NCBI GenBank assembly: GCA_016199905.1
Contig: JACQFU010000396.1
Location: forward strand, 1-34,199
Length of the DNA: 34,199 bases
Direction: 5' to 3'
Source of the DNA: Candidatus Wallbacteria bacterium
GTDB lineage: Bacteria > Muiribacteriota > UBA6191 > JACPRK01
A program made the translations under genes and the position numbers. This document shows positions 8,672 through 17,008 of this stretch, in pieces (position 1 is the stretch's first letter; each line of letters opens with the position of its first letter). Under the pieces are notes generated by a model. The model ran no database searches and was not told where the DNA came from. It saw only the letters and a program-made list of their open reading frames with translations.

Positions 8672-10833
8672 TGCCTCTGGGTCGAGGGGGTCTCCTGTTC
8701 CCCACGGCCGCCGGTTGGATCCAGTACGGCGTCGTCCCCGAGACGATCAAGGACACGATGGTGCTGCCGGGCGGCGTCCCGGCAATCTACGTCATCCCCC
8801 AGCGGCTCTTCTGCACCGAGCGCGGCATCAGCCTGGCCGAGCTCGAGTTCCCCTGCTATTTCAACTTCTTCATCAAGAACCACCGCACCACCATCGTCTG
8901 CCGGCAGGCCCAACGAGCCGTGCTCGAAGGAGTGCTCTCGGAAGCCGTCTTCGGACCTGCGGAGTTGGACGGGGCGGAGTTCTCCGGCCGCTCCTCGAGC
9001 AACTTCCCGGACCTGCGCTCGGAGATGTCCTACTTCCGGCGCAACCCGCGGCGCGACGACGCCGCCATGAAGCTGGAAGACCTTGTGGAGTTCGTCGAGT
9101 TCGACGCGGGCGGAGTCGCGCGGCTCGCGAGCGGAGTCGCGATCGTCCTGGAGCAAGATGGCGGCATCGGCGTCTTGGAGGACGGCATTCTGCGGGCTCG
9201 CTTCCCGGCCGATCCGCCGCTTCCTCGGCGCCCGGGCCCCTACGAAGGCCCGTTGCGCGCCTTCTGGATGCCGCTTCTGGGGCTGTCGGTCATCGGCAGC
9301 GGCCACGGCTTCGATCCCGCCAATCGCACCAGCGGCTTCATCATCTGGATCGAGGGACGCGGCGTGATGGTCGATCCGCCAGTCGACTCGATCGATTGGC
9401 TGCGCGGCTACGACATCAGCTCCAGGCAGATCGACACGCTCATCCTCACTCACTGCCACGCCGATCACGACGCCGGCACGCTGCAGAAGATCCTCGAAGA
9501 GGGCCGCATCAGCATCTACACCACGCCAACCGTGATGCAGAGCTTCGTCGCCAAGTACGCCCCTCTGACCGGCCTGCCCCCCGAGCGATTTCGCTCGCTC
9601 TTCGACTTCGTTCCCGTGAAGGTCGGCGACCCCGTCTACCTGCACGGCGCAGAGGCGACCTTCCGGTACTCCCTGCACTCGATCCCCTGCGCCGGCTTCG
9701 ACATCAAACTGCGCGGCCGCAGCCTGCTCTACCCCTCCGACACTCTCAATGAACCTCGAATCATTCACCGGCTCCACGAACAGGGCGTGCTGGACCAGGA
9801 GCGCCGCGACTCGTTGCTCGCCTTCCCGTGGCACCACAACCTGGTCCTCCACGAGGCCGGAATCCCGCCGATCCACACGCCCATCGAGTACCTGTCGACC
9901 CTGGAGGAGGAGATCAAGAAGAAGACCTTGCTCGTGCACGTCAGCGAGAAGGCGGTCCCACCGGGCTCCGGCCTGCAAGTCGCTCCTACGGGCCTGGAGG
10001 CCACGATCGACCTCGGCGCCGCCCACCTCCCGGTGCAGGAGGCGCTCGAGATCTTGGACGTGATGGGGCGAGTGGAGATCTTCTCCGAGCTGCCTGCCCC
10101 GCGCGCGGCCGAGTTCCTCCGGATGGTGCAGAAGGAGTACTACGCCGAGGGCGAGACGCTCTTCGGGAAGGGCGAACCGGGCGATCGATTCTACATCGTC
10201 CTGCAAGGTCGGGCGGCCGCCTGGAGAAAGGGCGCGGAGTTCAAGGTCTACTCGGCCTTCGACTACTTCGGCGAGACCGCGATCCTGCTCGACCAGCCGC
10301 GCCGGGCGACGGTGAAGGCCAAGACGCTGCTGGTCGTGCTGACCCTGAGACGCGCCGCCTTCCTGCACCTGCTGCGCGGAACCGACCTGCCCGATCGGCT
10401 GGTGCACCTGGCGCGGCTGCGAGAGCTGCCGAGCTGGGAATTGCTTTCGGAGAGCCCGATCTTGCGCGACTTCACCTCGAACCAGAAGACCCAGCTTCAG
10501 ACCTTGATGGAGCCGGTGACTCTCGAGGCCGGGGCGGTGCTGGGGTCCGACCCGCTCCTGGTCCACACCGGGCTGCTGCGCGTGCTCGTCGATGGGCAAG
10601 CCATCGATCTGCTGGAGATGGGCGCCTTCGCGGGCGACGTGCAGCAACTGGTGCACGACCTGCCGACGCCCTATCGATTCGAGGCCGTCACGCAGGTGAC
10701 CGGGTTCCGCTTCGATCGGCGGAGGCTGCCGAAATTCTTCCAGGACAACCCCGGCGCCTACATGCAACTGGCGGAAGTGACCAGCTCGTGGCAGGCCGCG
10801 GCGCGCGCGGGCCGGACGCTGCCGGCCAGGTAG
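8650..10833 (+). CDS. Metallo-beta-lactamase-fold hydrolase fused to two C-terminal cyclic-nucleotide-binding (CAP_ED-like) domains
   Basis: MBL motif THCHADHD (9451-9471), with upstream VIGSGHGFD and a downstream HEAG. The first cNMP domain (from about 10081) is canonical: GEPGDRFYIVLQG...FGETAILLDQPRRATVKA. The second (about 10430-10760) is degenerate. Low GC3 in the first 14 codons suggests the start may be slightly downstream (in-frame TTG at 8671). Confidence 0.85.
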   Translation: MPPSIEALPLGRGGLLFPTAAGWIQYGVVPETIKDTMVLPGGVPAIYVIPQRLFCTERGISLAELEFPCYFNFFIKNHRTTIVCRQAQRAVLEGVLSEAVFGPAELDGAEFSGRSSSNFPDLRSEMSYFRRNPRRDDAAMKLEDLVEFVEFDAGGVARLASGVAIVLEQDGGIGVLEDGILRARFPADPPLPRRPGPYEGPLRAFWMPLLGLSVIGSGHGFDPANRTSGFIIWIEGRGVMVDPPVDSIDWLRGYDISSRQIDTLILTHCHADHDAGTLQKILEEGRISIYTTPTVMQSFVAKYAPLTGLPPERFRSLFDFVPVKVGDPVYLHGAEATFRYSLHSIPCAGFDIKLRGRSLLYPSDTLNEPRIIHRLHEQGVLDQERRDSLLAFPWHHNLVLHEAGIPPIHTPIEYLSTLEEEIKKKTLLVHVSEKAVPPGSGLQVAPTGLEATIDLGAAHLPVQEALEILDVMGRVEIFSELPAPRAAEFLRMVQKEYYAEGETLFGKGEPGDRFYIVLQGRAAAWRKGAEFKVYSAFDYFGETAILLDQPRRATVKAKTLLVVLTLRRAAFLHLLRGTDLPDRLVHLARLRELPSWELLSESPILRDFTSNQKTQLQTLMEPVTLEAGAVLGSDPLLVHTGLLRVLVDGQAIDLLEMGAFAGDVQQLVHDLPTPYRFEAVTQVTGFRFDRRRLPKFFQDNPGAYMQLAEVTSSWQAAARAGRTLPAR

Positions 10834-10839
10834 CGGACG

Positions 10840-11199
10840 TCAGGCCGCCTGGAGCTCCTGCTCGGGTTGCCAGCGGCAGCCGGAGAGCATCAGCAGGAGC
10901 GCGGCGGCATAGAGGCGGTTTGCGGTGTCGCCCACCTGGGCGGCCTTGCGCAGCCGTGGCAGATCGCTCACCTCGAACAGCGTGTGGCATGCGCGGGCGC
11001 GAGAAATGGCGTCGGAGGCCAGGCGCGACAGACGCTCATCGGTGTGGGCCAGGGCGCGAGCCAGGGTCTGCCGAAACGTGACGGCCTCGGAGGCGTCGAG
11101 CGTCTCGGGGCTCTCTTCGGCGTCGGGATGCCGGCCGGCGAGCCGAGTCTCGTAGTCGGTCAGCTCCACGGGATGCCCGGAGTCGTTCCTGGTGGCCAT
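10840..11199 (-). CDS. Hypothetical protein, 119 aa
   Basis: The start was moved to the internal ATG at 11199, which is preceded by AGGAGGAACCG (a consensus SD at 5-6 nt). No recognisable domain. Confidence 0.5.
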   Translation of the reverse strand: MATRNDSGHPVELTDYETRLAGRHPDAEESPETLDASEAVTFRQTLARALAHTDERLSRLASDAISRARACHTLFEVSDLPRLRKAAQVGDTANRLYAAALLLMLSGCRWQPEQELQAA

Positions 11200-11247
11200 C
11201 GGTTCCTCCTGTTTCGGCGGGTCACCAACGGGTGTAGAGTCCACCCG

Positions 11248-11814
11248 ATGAGTGCTTCCTTCAGGGTATCGGCAAGTTTCAGGGCCAAATCGAAGGGGGG
11301 CGACGCGCGCTGGTGCGTCTTCGACACGTTGTTAGGGGAGTGCGGCGTGGTCTGGACGGCGGCCGGTGTGCGTGCGCTCGTCCTGCCGGAGGAGGACATC
11401 GAATCGCTCCAGCAGCGGCTGGCGTCGCTTGGCGCCACGCCCGGCGAGCCGCCCGCGGCAGTGGACAAGTTGATAGGCCTCGTGGGCCGCTACTGCGCCG
11501 GAGAGCCGGTCGATTTCGGGAAGGTAAAGCTCGACCTGGCAGGAGTGGCCGAGTTCGCCCGGGCCGTCTACGAGAGCACGCGCGCGATTCCGTGGGGCCT
11601 GACCGCCACCTACGGCGGCATCGCCCGCGACATCGGCAAGCCGGGCTCGGCGCGAGCCGTGGGGCAAGCGCTGGGGCGTAATCCCGTCGCGATCGTGATC
11701 CCGTGCCACCGCGTGCTGGCCGCGAGCGGGCTGGGAGGTTTCTCCGCCGCGGGCGGCGCACGCCTCAAGGAGAAGATGCTGGCGCTGGAGCTAGTCCGGC
11801 GGCCGGGGTTGTAG
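11248..11814 (+). CDS. ogt: Methylated-DNA--protein-cysteine methyltransferase
   Basis: Active-site motif IPCHRV (Cys codon 11704-11706), plus TYGGIARDIG..RAVGQALGRNP. Only the C-terminal 188 aa of the 315-aa track ORF look protein-like; the start was set at ATG 11248. Confidence 0.85.
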   Translation: MSASFRVSASFRAKSKGGDARWCVFDTLLGECGVVWTAAGVRALVLPEEDIESLQQRLASLGATPGEPPAAVDKLIGLVGRYCAGEPVDFGKVKLDLAGVAEFARAVYESTRAIPWGLTATYGGIARDIGKPGSARAVGQALGRNPVAIVIPCHRVLAASGLGGFSAAGGARLKEKMLALELVRRPGL

Positions 11815-13117
11815 CCGAACGAGTCGCCGCGGCGCCGGTCGTGGCCGGCGAAACCGGCGAGCCGCCCATTGCGGCATCGGAGACCTCTCCTCGGTCGAAC
11901 GCCGACACGCGCTCCAGGATCGCGACATTCACTTCGGGGCGGTTGTAGTCGGAGTGGCCCGCCACGATGTCGCTGGCATCGACCTCTCCGATATCGCCCT
12001 TCTCGCGGCGATCGTAGAAGTCGGCGCCGTAGATGGAGCGGACCTCGTCCTCGACGCTCCTGGTCGTGGCGGAACTGCTGTCGAGGCTGATGACGTACTG
12101 ATAGGTCGTTGGCGACTGGATGGCGCTGCTCTTCCCGAACATCTTGGTCATCACGGCCAGCTCCGGAGTATGGCCGCTGCCGAGGATCTTGGGCACGACG
12201 CCCTGCCGCGGGTCGTTGCCGAGCTGCGCGGCATCGCGCACGTTACCCGCGACCCAATCGTGGCGCGTGAAGACGACGATCAACCGCTTGAGCGTCTTGA
12301 AGCGCGTGGACATGTCGTCGTCGGGCTTCAGCGGAGTGCCGGCGGCGATCAGCTCGTCGGCGAAAAAAGGCGCGCCCGTGGTCGGCTTGTGACGCGCTGC
12401 GGCATGCAGCGAGACATTGCCGCCGTTGGAGTGCGCGTAGATGCGAACTCTCTTGCCGGGATGGGCGGCCCGCCAGTCCTCGACGAAGTGGTAGAGCCCA
12501 TTGGCCGCGGCGTCGATCGTGATCGGGTCGGGGCCGGACAGCCACGTGAAGAGCTTCACCTGCGAGTCGGGCCAGTGTTTCTGGATGCTGGCGATGAAAC
12601 GCGGGTCGTGGGCCCAGGCGGGATCGTAGTGGATGTACCTGTCCGTCTGCTTGTTGACGCGCAGCCCGAGATCCGTCCCGGGAATCACGATGGCCAGGTT
12701 GGCAGGCGCGCCCGGCTTGGTGAGGTCTTGTTCGCGATGGCTGAAGCGATCGGCGAGCACCCGCGTGCGATGGGCCGCGCTTCGCCCGGCCTTGGCGGCC
12801 GTGTCACCGATGTCGGAGGCGACTTTCCCGAGCAGCTTGCCCGTCTTGCGCCCCAGACCGCGGGCCTTGTCCGCAAGGTCGTCCAGCAGGCCACGGTGTT
12901 CCTTGCGCGGCGCGGTGGGGACGGTCGTGGGCGTGGTGGTCGCCTCCGCCTGGGCCGCCAGCAGGGCTTCGTCGCGCGCGTCTCGAATCGTCTCGAGATC
13001 TTCGACGCTGCCCTCGTCGGTGGTGGCCGGCGTCGGGGGTTCTGCCGCGCGGGCGCTCGCAGCCAGCGCCATCGACAGGACGAACAAGAGTAGCGAATAG
13101 GAAGAGCGGCGGCTCAT
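11765..13117 (-). CDS. Secreted alpha/beta-hydrolase-like protein of unknown specificity
   Basis: Signal peptide MSRRSSYSLLLFVLSMALAASARA. Nucleophile-elbow-like motif YAHSNGG and a late AGHSDY (candidate catalytic His). The Ala/Pro/Thr-rich tail overlaps the ogt 3' end by 50 bp, where its GC3 drops. Confidence 0.68.
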   Translation of the reverse strand: MSRRSSYSLLLFVLSMALAASARAAEPPTPATTDEGSVEDLETIRDARDEALLAAQAEATTTPTTVPTAPRKEHRGLLDDLADKARGLGRKTGKLLGKVASDIGDTAAKAGRSAAHRTRVLADRFSHREQDLTKPGAPANLAIVIPGTDLGLRVNKQTDRYIHYDPAWAHDPRFIASIQKHWPDSQVKLFTWLSGPDPITIDAAANGLYHFVEDWRAAHPGKRVRIYAHSNGGNVSLHAAARHKPTTGAPFFADELIAAGTPLKPDDDMSTRFKTLKRLIVVFTRHDWVAGNVRDAAQLGNDPRQGVVPKILGSGHTPELAVMTKMFGKSSAIQSPTTYQYVISLDSSSATTRSVEDEVRSIYGADFYDRREKGDIGEVDASDIVAGHSDYNRPEVNVAILERVSAFDRGEVSDAAMGGSPVSPATTGAAATRSATTPAAGLAPAPASSP

Positions 13118-13179
13118 CGTGCAACTCTATAACACGCGGGCGAGCTATGCAGGGCCTCTCACCCAAATGCGCACCTTCA

Positions 13180-13188
13180 TGATAGGAT
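13180..13188 (+). promoter_or_regulatory. Putative extended -10 element TGaTAGGAT
   Basis: Lies 40 nt upstream of the ATG at 13228 and fits the TGnTAnnnT pattern. Confidence 0.25.
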
Positions 13189-13227
13189 CGCGGCCGTCTC
13201 CCGAGAACGCGGCAGCGCCCCTAGACC

Positions 13228-13686
13228 ATGGCCCAGGCTACCGAACAAACCATCGTCCGAGTCTCCCTGAAGGACTTCTACTCCGTCATCTCCGACTACG
13301 GCCGGTACCCCGAGTTCGTGGACGGTATGACCGAGTGCTCGATCCTGGAGCGAAAGAAAACCGGCTGCAAGGTCAAGTTCGTACTCGACCTGATCAAGCG
13401 CGTCGATTATACGATCCAGACCGTCGAGAAGCCCGGCAAGTCGCTGGAGTGGACGCTCCTCGAGAGCAACCTGCTCAAGAAGAACAACGGCAGCTGGTTT
13501 CTCAAGGCCCTGGGCGCCGAGGAGACCGAGGTGACCTACTCGCTGGAGGTCGGCTTCGGTCTGTTCGTACCCGGTTTCATCATGGATCAGATGACAAAGC
13601 AGATGCTCCCGAAGATGCTGGCCAGCTTCGTGGACCGCGCCGAGACGCTCTTCCCCGCCAACGGGGCAAGCAAGAAGAGGAAGTAG
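13228..13686 (+). CDS. SRPBCC (START/polyketide-cyclase-like) superfamily protein
   Basis: 152 aa. The size and pattern (DFYSVISDYGRYPEFV..., alternating beta-strand-like segments, C-terminal helix) are typical of cyclase/dehydrase-like SRPBCC proteins. Confidence 0.7.
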   Translation: MAQATEQTIVRVSLKDFYSVISDYGRYPEFVDGMTECSILERKKTGCKVKFVLDLIKRVDYTIQTVEKPGKSLEWTLLESNLLKKNNGSWFLKALGAEETEVTYSLEVGFGLFVPGFIMDQMTKQMLPKMLASFVDRAETLFPANGASKKRK

Positions 13687-13728
13687 GGGCGGCCGCAGTG
13701 AGTCGGCCGCAGCTGCGGAGAGGACTCC

Positions 13729-14103
13729 CTAGACCACTTCTTCCGCGCCAACCTCGCCGCGAGTGTCCTCGGCGCTCACCTTTTCCATCCCCACGGCGGT
13801 GCCGTAGCAGAGGACCTCGGTGACGCCGTCGATCACTTCGTTGGCGTCGTATCGCATCCCGACGATGGCGTTCGCCCCGACCTCTTCGGCGTGCTGCATC
13901 ATCACGTCGAAGGCTTCCTTGCGAGCCTTCTCGCAGAGGTTTCGATAGATGGAAATGTCCCCACCCAGCAGCGTCTGGAGCCCGCCCGCAATGTTGCCGA
14001 GGAGCGAGCGAGAGCGCACCGAGATGCCGCGCACGACACCGTAGTGTTTCACCGTCTTCCAGCCCTCCAGATGAAAGGCCGTCGTAACCATCCTGGAATC
14101 CAT
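13729..14103 (-). CDS. YbjQ/UPF0145 family protein
   Basis: The whole length matches the family pattern: VTTAFHLEG..YGVVRG..VRSRSLLGNIAGGLQTLLGG..Y..LCEKARKEAFDVMMQHAEEVGANAIVGMRYD. GGAG lies 7 nt upstream of the ATG. Confidence 0.88.
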   Translation of the reverse strand: MDSRMVTTAFHLEGWKTVKHYGVVRGISVRSRSLLGNIAGGLQTLLGGDISIYRNLCEKARKEAFDVMMQHAEEVGANAIVGMRYDANEVIDGVTEVLCYGTAVGMEKVSAEDTRGEVGAEEVV

Positions 14104-14176
14104 GGGCGCACTCCGGGGCTAGCGGCCCCCGTCTGTTCCGCGAGTGGGCCGGACACCGGCCCGGTGCGGGAGAGTA

Positions 14177-14185
14177 TGGTACACT
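14177..14185 (+). promoter_or_regulatory. Possible extended -10 element TGgTACACT
   Basis: Fits TGnTAnnnT, 58 nt upstream of the GTG at 14243. Weak evidence. Confidence 0.2.
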
Positions 14186-14242
14186 GGCCGCCGCTCTCGT
14201 CAAGGACCGGCGGGATGCAGGCCGCCCGGAGGCTCGCGGCAG

Positions 14243-15997
14243 GTGAATTCGAAGCGACTCCTAGTGCTGATGTTGCTGGTCGCCCTGACGCAGGGACTGA
14301 CCGGCCACGCCGACGCTCGAAGTCGCCACCGCCACCGTAAGCCCGGGCGAGGGGACCGTGTCGCCGCTCCCGAGGCGTCCCTGCCTGCCCCCCAGACCGC
14401 AACTGCAACGGCAACCGTTCCGACGTCGGCGCCTGCGGCCGCGGCCCTCTCGCCAGCCGAGATCGGACGGCGTGTAGCTGCCTCTCTGGCTGCGGCCCAG
14501 GCTCGCAAGCCGGATACGGATGATGCGTTGGCTCTCGACCGCGCCAGCTTCTTGGCGAACATCGATCGCCCCGGGTTTCCCTATGCCGTTCGCGCGGGGT
14601 CCCGAGTGTTGAAATACCTCGTCCCCGCCTTGACCCGCGATCGCGGCAAGCATGAAGAGCGGGTGTGCGGCCTGATCCACGTCGAGCCGTCCGCCGGGGG
14701 CATCCTCGCCTGGCCCCTCTTCTGCCCGGGTGGAAAGCCCGTGTCTTTGCGAACGGAAGCGGAGGCGCTGACCCGGTTGGAAGGATTGCGCGGTCAGGAA
14801 GCTTCCGGGCTCAAGTCGGAAACCGAGTACTCTCCGATGAGCATTGGCGATCCCGGCCAGTTGCCCGGAGCCTATCTGATCAGAGGTTGGGACCGCCTGC
14901 CGGCCCAGGTCCAAGACCCGCTCCTGGAGTACGTTGCCCAGCTCAATGCCTCCGGTCGGCTGCGTCAGCCGCTCCATTACGACGAGACCCAGCTCGATCC
15001 TCCACTCAAGAGCATTCCTGTGGCGGCGGCCCTGGTCGCCGATTGGTGGCGAAGCAGGATGGCGATGCCCCCTCTCACCCACACCGGCTGGTTGACGGGC
15101 CTCGCCCAGCAGGGGGTCGATCCTCGGGAGATCGAGGTCCAGTACCGCGAGCGCGGTCTGCCGTGCCTGCCCCTGGCGATGATGCGCGATCCCGTCACGG
15201 GCGAGCCTCCGACGCTGGGTCTGGAAGGCTTCTGCAAGGTGCTCACCGAGGTCCGCGCCCCCCTGCTGACCGAGCCTCTGGAGCGAGCCGGTATCACCCG
15301 TGCGACCACCTACGCGGCAGCCCCCTGGCGGTATGGGATGGAGGCGGAGTATGTCTCCGTCGTGAGCCGGGAGATGCGCGACCAAAGCACGATCCAGCAA
15401 AATGCCACCAAGGTCGAACAGGCGCTGAGGGCCCACGGCATCCTCCTGGCCCGGTTCGACTCCAAGGAGCTGCGACGCAAGATGTACGCGCTCCACGGCG
15501 CGGCCATCATCGGCCGGGCGGACATCGATGGACGCCCGTGCGTGGTGTTCGCGGAAGTCTACGCCGACCGAGGGATCGACTTCCCGTTGACCGGCGTCGG
15601 CAGACCCATTTACAAGGCCATGCCGGTCGAACGCATCTACTCGGCCTATGCCTTTCCGCATCACGTGAAGCTGGCCCTGGCTCGGCGCGAGACGCCCGGA
15701 CAGTTCGACCTGACCGCCGCCAGCGCCGTCGGCAAGCCGCTCGACCTGGACGCGCTCGACGTGAGACTGGGGGGCGTCCTGTCCCTGGGTGTCTCCCTGG
15801 GCGGCCGAACTCCCCGTGGTTTGAGCGTGATGCGCCGGGATCGCGGCCTGTATCGAATCACGATCCCCCGGGCAGCGCAGACCGATCCGACGGCCAGGCT
15901 CATCGTAGCGGCAGACTGCGAGCACTTCCGTGAGCCGGGCGGCCGTCCGGCCACGGAGAGCTTCGAGCTGGCCCATCTTCCGCCCGCAACGAAATGA
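14243..15997 (+). CDS. Secreted hypothetical protein, 584 aa
   Basis: The start was set at GTG 14243 (GGAGG 10 nt upstream), giving the signal-peptide-like VNSKRLLVLMLLVALTQGLTGHA. Protein-like composition and no recognised domain. The stop overlaps the next gene's start (ATGA at 15994-15997). Confidence 0.62.
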   Translation: MNSKRLLVLMLLVALTQGLTGHADARSRHRHRKPGRGDRVAAPEASLPAPQTATATATVPTSAPAAAALSPAEIGRRVAASLAAAQARKPDTDDALALDRASFLANIDRPGFPYAVRAGSRVLKYLVPALTRDRGKHEERVCGLIHVEPSAGGILAWPLFCPGGKPVSLRTEAEALTRLEGLRGQEASGLKSETEYSPMSIGDPGQLPGAYLIRGWDRLPAQVQDPLLEYVAQLNASGRLRQPLHYDETQLDPPLKSIPVAAALVADWWRSRMAMPPLTHTGWLTGLAQQGVDPREIEVQYRERGLPCLPLAMMRDPVTGEPPTLGLEGFCKVLTEVRAPLLTEPLERAGITRATTYAAAPWRYGMEAEYVSVVSREMRDQSTIQQNATKVEQALRAHGILLARFDSKELRRKMYALHGAAIIGRADIDGRPCVVFAEVYADRGIDFPLTGVGRPIYKAMPVERIYSAYAFPHHVKLALARRETPGQFDLTAASAVGKPLDLDALDVRLGGVLSLGVSLGGRTPRGLSVMRRDRGLYRITIPRAAQTDPTARLIVAADCEHFREPGGRPATESFELAHLPPATK

Positions 15998-16950
15998 GCC
16001 TCGCCCCCGCGCTGAGCGTGGTCGTTGTGACGCACGAGTCGGAGGCGCGGGTTTCTCGGTTTCTCGCCTCGGTGCCGAACGCTTGCGGCGATCGGGCCTA
16101 CGAAACGCTGGTCGTCGACACGGCATCGAAGGACGGCAGTCTCTCCGTGGCCGCGCGGAGCGCCCCCGCAGCGCGGATCTTGGCGCTGCCGGCCAACCTT
16201 GGGTACGGGGCAGCCTTGAACGCCGGGGCCCGGCTTGCCAGCGGCAACTGGCTGGCGTTCTGCAATGCGGATGTGACCCTCGATTGCGGCTGTTTGGCGC
16301 AACTGGTGTCGGCTCTGGAGCCCGATCCCGGGGCGGCCGGCGCAGGACCGGTCCTGCGCGATTCGAACGGATGCGAGGCGCCCTGCGTGCGCGTGTTCCC
16401 GTCCCTTCGACAGGAGCTGCTCGAGATGTTGCTCGTGCACCGAGCCTGGCCAGGCAACCCGATGCGACGCCGCGTCTGGCGCACCGATCTCGGGCGCGAA
16501 ACCAGCGGCCGATGCGACTTCGTGGCCGGAGCCGCCTTCGTGGTCCCACGTCGCGTATTCGAGCAAGTCGGTTTCTTCGACGAGGGCTTCTTCCTCTATT
16601 ATGAGGAGACGGACTGGTTCCGCCGCGCGGCCGACCTTGGCTTCCACGCGCTGTTGGTGGCCGAGGCCGGGGCCGTGCACGAGGGAGGAGGCAGCTCGGA
16701 GGCACGGATGGACCTGCTGGACGTGCTTCTTTCGAGCCAGCACCGGTACTTCCGCAAGCACGGCGGCGCGGCGTGCGTGATGGCCCTGGGAGGAATCCAG
16801 GCCGCAGGTTTGTTGCTCAGGCAGGCTGTCTGGTCGGCGCGGCTCCTGGCCGGCGCAGGTTCCTCGGAGGGCCTATCCAGCCGGCTGGCGCGCAATCGGG
16901 CCCATGCCTCGTGGCTTGCCGCCCGGATGATATGCTCCCCCCGCCGGTAG
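15994..16950 (+). CDS. Family 2 glycosyltransferase
   Basis: LSVVVVTHES..., VVDTASKDGS, NLGYGAALNAG, FCNADV, and FFLYYEETDW are classic GT2 (GT-A fold, rhamnosyltransferase-like) motifs. Confidence 0.88.
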   Translation: MSLAPALSVVVVTHESEARVSRFLASVPNACGDRAYETLVVDTASKDGSLSVAARSAPAARILALPANLGYGAALNAGARLASGNWLAFCNADVTLDCGCLAQLVSALEPDPGAAGAGPVLRDSNGCEAPCVRVFPSLRQELLEMLLVHRAWPGNPMRRRVWRTDLGRETSGRCDFVAGAAFVVPRRVFEQVGFFDEGFFLYYEETDWFRRAADLGFHALLVAEAGAVHEGGGSSEARMDLLDVLLSSQHRYFRKHGGAACVMALGGIQAAGLLLRQAVWSARLLAGAGSSEGLSSRLARNRAHASWLAARMICSPRR

Positions 16951-16964
16951 TGTGGAATTCAAAC

Positions 16965-16982
16965 GGAAGGCTTGAGCCTTCC
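16965..16982 (+). terminator. Stem-loop GGAAGGC-TTGA-GCCTTCC after the GT2 gene
   Basis: Perfect 7-bp stem with a 4-nt loop, 15 nt after the stop codon. There is no U-tract, so terminator function is uncertain. Confidence 0.3.
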
Positions 16983-17008
16983 CCTACCTACGACATCGGA
17001 GGAACCTC

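Noticed and set aside
4500-10767. Long minus-strand ORFs 4500-6011, 5821-8301, 7638-8756 and 8584-10767
   Set aside because: They lie antisense to genes with clear family motifs (DUF58, transglutaminase, MBL-cNMP). Their translations are low-complexity and Arg/Gly/Pro-rich.
10867-11247. Upstream 127 codons of the 315-aa ORF containing ogt
   Set aside because: The composition is not protein-like, and the stretch is fully antisense to the 119-aa ORF, which has a consensus SD. MGMT-family similarity begins only after ATG 11248.
13690-13718. Direct repeat CGGCCGCAG x2 and 12-bp palindrome CCGCAGCTGCGG between the convergent SRPBCC and ybjQ-family genes, considered as a terminator
   Set aside because: The palindrome has no loop, alternative pairings give only 6-bp stems, and there is no U-tract on either strand. 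There is too little evidence to call a terminator.
14261-16705. 814-aa minus-strand ORF and the 422-aa/366-aa ORFs in the same region
   Set aside because: They lie antisense or out of frame to the 584-aa protein and GT2 genes and are extremely Arg/Pro-rich. The GT2 motifs unambiguously fix the real frame.
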